NCBI RefSeq assembly: GCF_006345805.1
Contig: NC_043003.1
Location: forward strand, 100,750,001 to 100,814,000
Length of the DNA: 64,000 bases
Source: Octopus sinensis
Taxonomy: Eukaryota
Direction of reading: 5' to 3'
The translations under genes and the position numbers were made by a program. The notes below the pieces were generated by a model. The model was not told where the DNA came from. It did not search any database and was given only the letters and a program-made list of their open reading frames with translations. Positions 13,150 through 24,769 of this stretch are shown one piece after another (position 1 is the stretch's first letter; every line of letters starts with the position of its first letter).

Positions 13150-13740
13150 TAGGTATTTGTGATGCTTAGACTGAATTCCCTGCAAATGGAGAGCACACAC
13201 AGACCACTGGAGGTCATTTGACCTACACCATGGTAAGCAAGTACACCTTCCTATGCCTAATAATCAGTACCAACATGAGTGTTAAAGTCGGTCATAAAGT
13301 TTATTCCTATGGTGACAAATGGAGATGACATCTTGGAGTTGGTTGCAAAATTCAGCCTTTTTGTGCTCGGAGCTGGCCATGGTTGGGGCATAGCAACTGA
13401 CAAGCAGAGCATGAGTGCTGTGATCAAATTCTAACATTAGTGTCATGATGTGATCAGAAATACCTTTGGTTAGAGAAAGAAGGGATCTAGCTATTTCTGT
13501 TTTGATGGCAAAACCAACACCAGAGTTGTGTGACTCATCTTCATTTCTTCATAAGAAAAATATGTATCCACCTTTATTTTCATCTGACTGACGATCCTGC
13601 AAGGTGAGTTTCACTGAGTGCAGCAATGTCAATGTTGCATTTCTTTAGTTCAAGGGCAACCAACAGTTTTTCATTCTGGTGCTGAGTGACTGTCTTGAAG
13701 TGTGTGCACATTCCAAGAACCAAAGTTAATATTCTTAGAT
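13150..13740 (-). mobile_element. RTE-clade LINE apurinic endonuclease fragment
   Basis: NFGSWNVHTL...DIAALSETHLAG...NSGVGFAIKT...VSCYAPT...DFNTHVG...LSITNTYF with frameshifts. Confidence 0.8.
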
Positions 13741-14559
13741 TTCTTCATGTTTCAATTGCCTTACTGAATAACCAGACAGCTGCAGCAGGCTGCCAAGTTT
13801 AAGTTGAGTAAGCAATGTTTGGGGCTCCTTTTCTCACCCTCCCCCTGTTGGGGAAAGCAGTGCTGTGTCTAAATAGATCTGCTTTGTCACCACAGGAGGA
13901 CACAGACAGCACAGTTACTCATAAGTTCTGTGCTGGAATGGCCATCACCCAATGTCACCGACTGTGTAGAGATCCAGCAATCGACTTCCAGTAATATCCT
14001 TTACCTGTCTCTGCTGCTTTCACTCTCTCACCAAAGAACTTGTTGATTTTTGCAAGTTGAAGCTGTGCTGTATTGAATGATTAAATGTAAGTTGTCAGAA
14101 AACCAACACATATGATTTGATTTGAGTGATGGAGGCTTGTGTAGAACCAGCCACATTTTTTGGAAGTGATGATAGCAAGAATATGGCACACATATGTACC
14201 ACAATACCAAGGCTTTTTCTTCAGAGGTTTCCATCTCCTAGACAGGCCACAATAAACAAGCTGGAGAGCCTAGTTTGCCCTATGAGTCACAGTTTGCTGA
14301 TGGTACAGCCCTGTTAAGGAGACCCCCAGCAGTCAAAGACCTGGTTTTATATCAGTTTTCTTCTCCTAGATGGGATGCCTTCACCATGGTGAAGAAGCCC
14401 CATCTGCCCCCTAATATATGAAATTAAATACATCAAATTTATATTATCAAAAAACAAAAAGATAAAACAGTATATACACATACAGTTCGATAGCCGTTGA
14501 CTAATCATGAGTTCCTTCGTCCTGTGGGGTTGCCAGCTTAGTCGCCAACAACCCAACCT

Positions 14560-16732
14560 ATGCAAAACAGACAATTTTGCTCGATCCTTGCTTTATGTTG
14601 AAGTACCTGTCTATTACACCTGGTCAGGAAAAAAATGGGTAAAATGTATAAATGTAACCCCAGCTATCACCTGAGGCAGAAGAGATATTTCAAAGCAATG
14701 CTATTGAGAAAGTTTACACAGACCATCCAAATCAACAAGAGTACTTCATTTTACGTCTCCTCCGACACACTGTCCGAGGTCCCACATGTTTTCAAGATCT
14801 GCAAATGTTTAATGGAGACCTCTGTCCAATCTTTAGGGTGGCCTGTGCAAAACATGGACTACTTGAAGATGATACTCACTGGCACCAAACATGTGACAAG
14901 GCTTCTGTTGCCAAAATGCCAACTCAACTACGCCAATTATTCTCCATCATGCTTATGACATGTGCCTTGAGTGATCCTGTAACACTTTGGGATATTGACA
15001 GAGAAAGCATGTTGGAGGATATACTACGCAGAATTTAAAGGTAGAACCCATCGCAAACAGTCAAATACAACGAGGCTATTTTCAACGAGGCATTCAATGA
15101 CTTAGACAACCGAGTGAAATACATGGGTGGCAGTGGAGTTGCTTTTGGTCTGCCTCAACCAGATGTGTCACCTGGAACCCTTGACATTGAATATGTATGG
15201 GAGATCAATGATGGCGTCGAAGAAATGGCAGCTTTAGTGGGTGATAATGAACACAAATTGAACAAGGATCAAAAAACTGCCTTTGAATCCATTATTTCAT
15301 CCACTCATAGTGAGACTGGTAATCTCTTCTTTTTTGATTCTCCAGGTGGAACTGGCAAAACATTCATTATCAATCTTGTTTTGGTGAAGCTGCAACAAAA
15401 TAAGCAGATAGCTCTTGCTGTGGCATCAAATGGAACAGCTGCAACTCTGTTGAATGGTGGACGCACAGCTCATTCGCACTTCAAATTGCCTCTGGACCTT
15501 GCAAAAAAAGACATAGCAACCTGCAATATCACAAAAGCAAAAATTCACACCGAGTGCAAACTGATCATTTGGGATGAAGCAACAATAAGTCATAAGGGGG
15601 ATTTTGAGGTTCTTGACAGATTACTTTAAGATCTGAGGTACAACTCAAAGCTAATGGGCAGCCTAACAGTACTCCTTGCAGGCAACTTTCAACAAAAACT
15701 CCCAGTCATTGCAAAGGGAACGAGAGCAGATGAGGTAAATGTGAGCATCAAATCTTCCCTTTGGCAATTTGATGTCAAATATACACAAACTATTGGCGAG
15801 AGTTTGCCCAATCTGAACACACAATTCACAGACTATTGTTGGCTGAGAAAACATGCAATTTTGGAGCCAAAACATGTCACAGTTGATGGCATAAACAATC
15901 ACCTTCTGGAACAATTGCCTGGTGATTGTCGTACATACAAGTCAATTGATACTGTGCTCCACACCAATGATGCTGTTCATTACCTTATTGAATTCCTCAA
16001 TAGTCTTGCACCTTCAGGTCTACCACTGCATGAATTGCATCTAAAGGTTGGAGCCCCAGTTATGCTTTTAAGAAACCTTGATCCTCCAAAATTATGCAAT
16101 GGCATGAGACTTATTTCAAAAAAATTGATGCAGATAGTGTTGGAGGCAACAATACTAACTGGGAAAGCAAGTGGTGAAGATGTTTTCATTCCAAAGATTC
16201 CTCTGATTCCTTACGACACAGAAATTGATTTCAAAAGGCTACAATTCCCACTGAGATTAAGCTTTGCAATGAGCATCAACAAAGCACAGGGTCAGACATT
16301 GGAAGTGGTAGGCCTTAATCTGGTGGAACCTGCTTTTTCTCACAGATGATCTAGAGTTGGAAATCCGGAAAATCTATTCAACTATGCACCCAATGGCAAA
16401 ACCAAAACCATAGTCTATCATGAAACCCTGCAAGACTGAAATTTTGCAACAAAGATGCCTCTCCCTTTGACAACCTCTGACAACCTCTTACGCCAACCTC
16501 CGATAACCTCTCTCACCAACTTCTGACTATCTTTTTCGCCAACCTCCATAAACCTCTCTTGCCAACCTCCAGCAATCTCTCCATCCTCCAGCTGACAGTC
16601 TTTTGTACTTTTGCGTGATGGAAAAAATACACCTTTTGTGGCAGTTATAACGAAATTGCTTCCTTATATCAGAGTAAAAAAGTGTTTCAAAAGAACATCT
16701 TTACCCCTGGGAATTACCGGGTACACCAGCTA

Positions 16733-16733
<1 letters not shown>
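14560..16733 (+). mobile_element. Helitron relic: Rep C-terminal region + PIF1-like helicase, ending in hairpin + CTAG
   Basis: Walker A DSPGGTGKTF, ASNGTAATLL.GGRTAHS, IIWDEA, KRLQFPLRLSFAMSINKAQGQTL; 3' hairpin tacccctgg/ccgggta, CTAG at 16730-16733 followed by T. Confidence 0.93.
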
Positions 16734-16780
<47 letters not shown>

Positions 16781-16899
16781 CAATAAGAAAATGGAGGAGA
16801 ACAATAGGTGGTTCATCAACTTTTAGACATTATATTACGCTAACTTATTTATTTACTAAACTGATAATTACAATAATATACATACATATAACATATGTA

Positions 16900-17062
16900 A
16901 GAAGAAGAAGAAAGAAGAAGAAAGAAGAAAGAAGAAGAAGAAGAAGAAGAAGAAGAAGAAGAAGAAGAAGAAGAAGAAGAAGAAGAAGAAGAAGAAGAAG
17001 AAGAAGAAGAAGAAGAAGAAGAAGAAGAAGAAGAAGAAGAAGAAGAAGAAGAAGAAGAAGAA
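16900..17062 (+). repeat. (GAA)n trinucleotide tract, about 45 pure units
   Basis: Direct reading. Confidence 0.97.
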
Positions 17063-17119
17063 ATAAGTGTTTGTACAGAAGAAGATTGTTGTACCAGTAC
17101 TATCAACAATCAAAATTTT

Positions 17120-17900
17120 AGAATGCTAGACCAAGTATCTAAGAAATGTAGTAGAAATTTAGTTGGAACACACTTGACTGCCCACACAAGTTGCTCCTAC
17201 ACACCTGCTGCTAATGTCAGTGGTATAAGATTCCCTGAAGTTGATATAAATAACCCTAATCCTGCTAGCGTATGTAGCAGTAGGGGAGTGGAGGCAGGGA
17301 AAACAAGTATTAATACTGCAAATACTAATGCACTATCTGACAATTGTAATGATTCTGATGTAACTGATATAATACATCTACACATGTCCAAATAAACCAT
17401 GACCACACTGCTAGTGTTTGCAATAATAATAAAGTTAGCTATTATAGTAATATTATTGGATCTTTGAATCATTCTATTTGCTTTGATACTACACCTAACT
17501 TATATGATAAAAGTGATCATAGTTACCTTGTTGCTCCTAGAATGCGCAGTTCTCATAGCAAGGATATCTGACTGCTTAATAATACATGTTTAGCTTGGAA
17601 TATAGTTTACAAGTGCAACATAATAACTGACGCTAACACCTTTACCTATGTAGGCACTACATCTCAAGACTTCAAATCCAGATTGTGTAATCACCTTTCA
17701 TCATTTTGACATTACAATAAATCTTGTATCTTGTCCCTAGCAGAAAAGGTGTGGTAATTAAAGGATAATAATACTCAGTCTAAAATTGCCAGAAATATAG
17801 TTAGGAAAGCAGTACCATATTTAAATAACAGGAATGGCTGTATGTTGTGCTGAACTATATGAAATATTAAAATATCCAGACAATCTTAATACAACACAAC
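17120..17900 (+). mobile_element. Penelope-like GIY-YIG remnant
   Basis: NTCLAWNIVYKCNIITDANTFTYVGTTSQDFKSRLCNHLSSF...SLAEKVW*LKDNN...NGCMLC. Confidence 0.7.
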
Positions 17901-18083
17901 ACTTAAAATGAAATGCTTACAACACAGTAAAAAGATATTCTCTCACTTCAAACCTGTTATGTAATGTCTACTGAAACCAACTGTTTATCTATACTGAGAA
18001 TTAATTCCGTTAATTCTGTGATTCTCTAATCCTGACTGCACTTATGTTACTGTAATATGTTTTGTCAGTATCATCACATTATA

Positions 18084-19331
18084 TTGGGTTGTCTGGAAAG
18101 TTTGTGCCGATTTATAGTAGCTTACCTTTCGACTTATTTTAGAACATGGTTGAGTCCATAAAATAGGATTTGACTACACCTCCGTTTAGAGCACAGCTTA
18201 AGCTATCTTTCCGCGGAAGAAGATTTATGTCCCTATAACCTGTGTTAATTCTGTAACCCTTTAAAATGGAAAATAAGAAAGTTCATTTTCCGCACTTGGT
18301 GCTTTTCTTTTTCCGTGAAGGGAGAAATACCTCACAAGCAACCAAAGAAATATGCACAGTTTACAGTGATGTTTCTTTATCTGAAAGAACTGTACAGAAG
18401 TGGTTCGCAAGGTTCCGAGCTGGAGATTGTAGCCTTATTGATAAAGAGCAATCAGGCAGACCATCCACTACAGATGATGACCAAATCAAGTCATTAATTG
18501 AGAATAACCCACATTGCACAACCCAAGAATTGGCAGAAAGCCTCAACCTATCAAAAGCCGTCATTCATGAGCACCTGGTAAAGATTGGGTACACAAATCA
18601 CTACAATATTTGGGTACCATGAGTTGAGTGAGAAAATCCTTTTGGATCACATTTCCATCTGTGATTCGCTTTATAAACAGAATGAAAAAGCGCCTTTTTT
18701 AAAGCAAATTGTGACAGGTGGTGAGAAATGGATAATCTACCAAAATGTTCAGAGAAAGCAACATGAGCCACCCCAAAAGTGAGTCTTCACCCTAAAAAGT
18801 CTTGCTTTGTGTCTGGTGGGATTGGAAAGGAATTCTGTTCTATGAGCTTCTCCCAAGTAACCAGACAATTAATTCTGAGAAATACTGCACACAACTGGAT
18901 GAGTTAAAAGCAGCAATTCAAGAGAAACATCCAGAATTGGCCAACAGGAAGGGTGTTGTTTTCCAACATGATAATGCAAGACCGCGTGTTTCTTTGGGAA
19001 CCAGACAAAAATTGCTGCAGCTCGGCTGGGATGTGTTACCCCACTGTCCATATTCACCAGATATTGCTCCTTTGGATTTCCACTTATTCATGTCTCTGCA
19101 GAATAGTCTTAATGGTAAAAATTTCAATTCCTTGGATGACATAAAAAGATACCATGATGAATTCTTTGCCATGAAACCACCTCAATTCTGGGAAGAGGGT
19201 ATTTTCAAGTTAAAGGAAAGATGGAGACGCAACAAAATGGTTCATATTTGGTTGATTAAAAATGTAATGACAAGTATTTATTGACCTTTTTCTTTCCTTT
19301 AAAAATCAGCACAAATTTCCGGACAACCCAA
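18084..19331 (+). mobile_element. Full-length mariner, mellifera-like, mildly decayed
   Basis: TA TSDs (18082-83, 19332-33); ~30-bp TIRs ttgggttgtctggaaagtttgtgccgattt / rc ttgggttgtccggaaatttgtgctgattt; WVP, HDNARP and YSPDIAPLDF motifs. Confidence 0.95.
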
Positions 19332-19386
19332 TATAATATAATTGTGACATATTGTATGACCTCATTCTCAACATAACCGCCCTCTC

Positions 19387-20700
19387 TCATTTACATTTAT
19401 ATGGACATTTATAGTATCTTCTCTCACTTCCTGTCCTGGCACTGAAAGAGAAATTACAACTAAACCAAAGACAGGTACCAGATGAGTAAGGCAGGGCCCT
19501 GTCAATGATGGTCCATTCAATGTTGGGTGTTTCAATCTGGAAGTCATGGAGTCTCCAAATGAAACAAAACAATGAAGTGGAGCTCTTTCTATCCCTGCAT
19601 ATAAGCAAGTGTATGTGCTGTGTGTACCTTCCTTTGAAATCATTGGCTATCTCTCCTGAGAATTGATTCTCCATGTAGCTCCTAGGTTAGATAAAGGATT
19701 GAACCAGCTTATCTTTCTCTTTCTAGTCCTCTTTGGTTGTGGGGTTGGGATCCTCCATACATGTCAACTTCTTGGTAACCTTACTCCTTGCCAATGCATC
19801 ATTGTTGTTGTGAGTGGGGGGACTGTTGAAGATCTCCCTACCAGCCAAAAGTTTGGATATTCTTCTGCTAATGCCTGAAACTAGGTTTCTAATTACAGTG
19901 GAGGAGGGTAATTCAAGCTTCTGAGGATGTATACAGTTTCCTCATTGGGAAACTGTATACATCCTCAGTACTTGCCTGTTTTCAAGTCTAGGGTCATAGC
20001 TAGAAAGTTGACCATGATCAAGTTGATGTTATCTGTTATGGACAAGCCAAATTCTTTGAATATTTTTACCAAGCCCTTCCTAAACTTGTCCATGGCATGG
20101 CCATTTATATGGCTTGAAATTGCCAGGCTGATATCTCTGTAAAGGCACCAACCTATGTGGGTGTATCCATTTCTTGGGGGTATCCAAGATAAATAACTCA
20201 ATGAGGTCAGCAATCTTAACCCATAATAGCTCCCCATAGAAATGTTGAACAGTTGACTGCTTTCTTTCTTCATCTAGGCGGAATTGTGGTGAATCAGGAT
20301 TGACTTTCTGATATTCATAATGATTCTGACATCAAAATTGTTTATACTAGTGAATTGCTTAGCAAAATTTAGAGCCTTCAGGAAGTGAGGTTTTGATATA
20401 GAAGGGTAAAAGTCTATGATGTCAAACTGTGTGAATCTGCAGGCTGATTTGTTCTCAATATCAGATGTGCTGGAATCCCACTGAATCAACTCTGTGGACC
20501 TTCTAATGTCAGAGTTGATGGTGTCAAGAATATATTTACTGACAATACCTATCTCACTTTTCAAGGAGTTGATCAGCCTGCACTTGAGGTTGGAGAGGAA
20601 ATTAGGTTTATAGCCCTTAAGTGTAACATGGGAGGTGGGGGAAAGGGGAGTTGCATGGCAAGGCTGTCCACACAATCTTCTATATTAAGGACAATGACTA
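19387..20700 (-). mobile_element. Penelope-like element, RT + GIY-YIG, decayed
   Basis: TLKGYKPNF...CRLINSLKSEIG...FDIIDFYPSI...FNISMGSY...LYRD; then DFKGRYTQH...STSLFCFIWRL..IEWTIIDRALPY. Confidence 0.88.
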
Positions 20701-21369
20701 GCTCTATTTATATCATTGAATGTGGAGATGCTAGTTTTCTTATGTCTTGGTGATTGTGTTTGTGAGGAGTCTTGTGTGTGCGAGGATATATCATTTCCGA
20801 AAGCATAGCCTCTATTTAATTTAATTCTCCTTCCATGCTAATAGTCTCCTATTAGCAAAGCATTCCCTAAACTCATCATAATCAGAAAATATTTCACCAC
20901 TGACTCACAGTCACACAATTTCTTCATCTGCCTCTTATCATTATTGTGCCTCGAGTTCAAATCCTGCTGAGGCTAACTTTGCCTTTCATCCATTTAGCAT
21001 CAATAAAGTATCAGTGAAGTACTGTTAACAGTCTTTTCTCTTAGAATTGGCTATGTGAAGGATCAAACAACAAAGAAGGACCATTATTACAAGCCTCGGC
21101 TTTTCTAACTAGCAAGTTGTTTGTCACCTCTGCCACAGTCCATCTAATCTCCTTTCATCCAAATACTACTTCACCCAGCAACCTCACCAGTAGAAAACAC
21201 TTTGCTCAGTTATTCAGTTTCTCCAGAATATTAACTCATTTATTTTGATCTGGAAGAGCCTGCAATGGTATTGGATACAGATGTTGGATTATTACCCTTA
21301 GTTTAGTAATAAACATGCTCAGGTCAAATGATAACAAAGAAGATCTACTGTGATCAGCTTAAGAGGCTT

Positions 21370-21739
21370 AAATCAGCGCTAAAAGAAAACCGCCCATCTT
21401 TGCTTTCAAGATGAAAGGTGTTCTTCTATCAGAATAATGCTAGACCACATACAATGAGGATGACATTCCAAAGGCTAGAACACTTTGAATGGGAAACTAT
21501 GCCACACTCACCATATTGCCAGAAATTACCCCATCTGATTATCATTTGGACGGAGAAAACATGAATTCTGTAGACAAAGTCAGAACAGTACTGGAGGAGT
21601 ATTTTTCATCTACCAGAGAGATGGAAGAACATTGTAGAAAATGAAGGAGAGTATATTTTAGATTAAAAAAGAACTTTGTTTATCTTAATTTTGAAAAATA
21701 AAAGTATAAAAAAAAGCATTATTTATGGGGATGACCCAA
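21370..21739 (+). mobile_element. Mariner 3' fragment with right TIR (same family as 54439-55589)
   Basis: NNARPHT..., PHSPY..PSDYHL; ends ...tatggggatgacccaa followed by TA. Confidence 0.75.
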
Positions 21740-23626
21740 TATATATATCTGACTCATAGTACTGAAGTATTACAAGAGATTGTTTCAATGTTAGCTGTCA
21801 TTATTAAGCCACAAAAGTTCCATTAAGTTAAGAATGAAAGAACAGTAGCTTTTGTTGTTTCTAATAAAATGTCTTTACCTGTCTTTAAGAAATCCATTGA
21901 AATCTATTAACAAATGTGAGAGTGCATTAAAACACTACTAAGGTGCAGAAGCTGCAATTTGGAAATGTTTAATTTTTGGACACACCCATCAGTGGAATCG
22001 TTTTCATCTTTAGTCTAGTTGCCTTGGCCCAATCTATATGAAAGAAAGTTGAATGGTTACTTCTAAAACGAAGGCACCGATCCAAGATGCTATGCAAATA
22101 TAACCCTAGAACATGGAGATACAAATATGCATGGTTGTTGTGTGGACCCTTCAGAGAAAAGAATCAACATTTCAAATAAGGATGTGCATTATCTGTTGGA
22201 AGATAGATAATTTTATTTCCTATCCATGGCACCACCAAACTTCCATTTATTGAATTCGTGCTGATAGTAAAATTTTGACAATTGTTTAATAAATGCTTCA
22301 AGTTTGAGAGAATATCTGCTATGTATCATCTTAAGGAATTCTGAGAAATATTTTACAGAAAAAGACAAATTATATTTCTTTATGCAACCATTCTTCTGAG
22401 AAATAGATTACTTTTAGTTCTGTGCATGAAAAAATTTCATTTTTCTTTCTTTTTTATTTATTTGTTTATTATTATTTCTTTTTTGAAATTTAGTCTGTTA
22501 TTTACTACTTAAAATATATATTTGTAACAGACCCTGTAAATATAAATACTTTGATAAAAAGAGGATAAAAGTTATTCTTGGAACAATTTGCAAGTCATTT
22601 TGCATTTTTGTTTTTCTCTAGCACAACTAACTAAACTAATCCTAATCAATGGGAAAAGTAGGTTAGTTGCTGTGGCAAGAACAGTGTATGTTGAAGTGAT
22701 AGTGTGGTAGAAGTTAGCAGCAGTGTCAGTGTTGTAAATAGATGGTAGCAGTAACAACAGTACAGGTGCGGGAAAAGCAAGTTATGTAAATCAGTACGGA
22801 AGTTACTGTTTGCTTTCTACACAAATAACTAAGAAATGGTAATCTAGTGAAAATATATAACATTACAAACAGTAAACTATAATGGTACAGCAGTAAAAGT
22901 TTGAAGTAAATAAACAACAGGCACAACAAATACTAAATATTGTAGTGAAGTAGAGAATATCACTTTACTTCTGTGAAAGACAGAAGGCTTTTGATGTTGC
23001 AATCTGTAAAATTAAATGAAGACCAGAAGGTTCTTATTACAAAATGACAGTAGTTATATTAACCTCTAGAGTGCCAGCCTGTTTGGGTTGTGAGGTTAGA
23101 GAACAGTGTTGATCAAATACCAAGCAACCACTGTGATGGAGTTATGTTACATATCCTGTAATTGGTGCAGCATTACTTTGAAGGGAGATGACAAATGTCT
23201 CAATTGACATTAATTCAAACATTTTGATTTCAAATCAAAATCGCCAGTTTGAGCAGATCATGTAATATCATCTAGCTGTCAAAAATAGGAAAGCAGACAC
23301 CTATGAATACTGCTTCCAATAAATCTTATACTCTAGAGTTCAAATCCCATCCACTTCACACCATAAAAGATTGTTTACTCTGAAGAGTCATCTATATTTT
23401 GTTTTGATTTGATATGGTTGTGTGCTTGCTTTCCAACCATATAGTCTCCATTTCAGTCTCACAGCACAGAACATTTTGTCTTCAACTATAGCCCCAGGTT
23501 GACCAAAGCCTTGTGAAGTAGATTTGGTAGATAGAAACTGAAAGAAGCCTGTCATTTGTGTGTATATGTGTGTAGGTATATATATCATTGTCGTTGTCAT
23601 TTAACGTCCACCTTCCATGCCCCCCC

Positions 23627-23686
<60 letters not shown>

Positions 23687-24128
23687 CACAAAATTTTATA
23701 TAGAGTTACCCAAGGTTTTGCATCCACAAAGCTAAAGCCTTGTAGACAGCTCGTCAGACTCTATATGAATACAAAATTTTAAAATATTTACATTGCAGAC
23801 ATAAGGAAATGCTCAGAACTCGATGAATATGAAAAAATGTTAGTGAGTACTGAAATTATCGTATCGGGGCTGATATGATAATAATAGAATTTTATAGAAA
23901 AATTTCTATTGGCTTACTTCGGGACGCGTGCTTATAGTGATGAATTAATGGTTATTGACGATTTAAGTCTATTTTCGGCATATTTGGCATTAGAATTTTT
24001 TTTTTTGCCCTTGTTTATAAGTTGTTAATAAATTTAACTTTTAAAGATATTTTTTAATATGCTGGCCATTGATAGAATTTTTTTCAAAAATTTCTATCCT
24101 ATATTAGATATATATATATATATATATA

Positions 24129-24720
24129 CTAGCAGAAATACCCAGTATTGCCCAGGTTAAAGAGAATAATGAAATTTAAAAATGCCATCTAGATTACACA
24201 GGTCTCAACTGCTAGTAGCTGAGATACCAACTTTCTACATTAATAACTCTCCATCCCATGCCAGCATAGAACATAGATGTTAAGTGAAATGTTAAAAGAA
24301 AGTTTTCAACCCATCTATGTATATAAAGTAAATACATGTAATTCAAAAACACGTTTTGTGTAGCTTATTTCATAACCAAAAAACAGGTACAAATTATAAA
24401 CAATGAAAGGCTGATTTTGGTGATTCATTTGACGGAGGTTAGGGTTAGGGTAGAGAGCCAATCTGATGATAAATCTGACCTTGAATCTTGAAAGTTGTGG
24501 CACCAAATATTGTCATCTGTAGTGCAGCATTGAATTGTCTAATTTTGTTTTGGAAGTGCTTGGAATCTTGGTCAGTTGATGATAACAGTTTCTTCAATGG
24601 GTCTGGAGGTTGGGGGATTGCAGAGAGTTTAACCTTAATCGATAAAATAAGTATCAAATTAAGCACTTGGGTTGATGTAATCAACTTACACCTTCCCCTG
24701 AAATTGCTGACCTTGTGTCA
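24129..24720 (-). mobile_element. Internally deleted Helitron: Rep N-terminal piece joined to the 3' terminus
   Basis: KVKLSAIPQPPDPLKKLL...KHFQNKIRQFNAALQMT..TFKIQGQIYHQIGSL; hairpin + CTAG at 24129-24132. Confidence 0.75.
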
Positions 24721-24769
24721 AAATTTGAAGTCGAAGAAGAAGAAGAAGAAGAAGAAGTCGTCGTCGCCG

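Noticed and set aside
16849-17113. Poly-Ser and poly-Phe ORFs
   Set aside because: Translations of the (GAA)n tract.
22213-22340. Possible minus-strand terminal exon FLKMIHSRYSLKLEAFIKQLSKFYYQHEFNKWKFGGAMDRK*
   Set aside because: I cannot recognise the peptide, the acceptor is mediocre and the composition fits AT-rich chance ORFs. A BLASTP hit or junction reads would reopen it.
22620-22660. Plus-strand acceptor followed by QLTKLILING, resembling a U2A' leucine-rich repeat
   Set aside because: Too short, lacks the conserved N-x-L end of the repeat, and no neighbouring U2A' exons were found.
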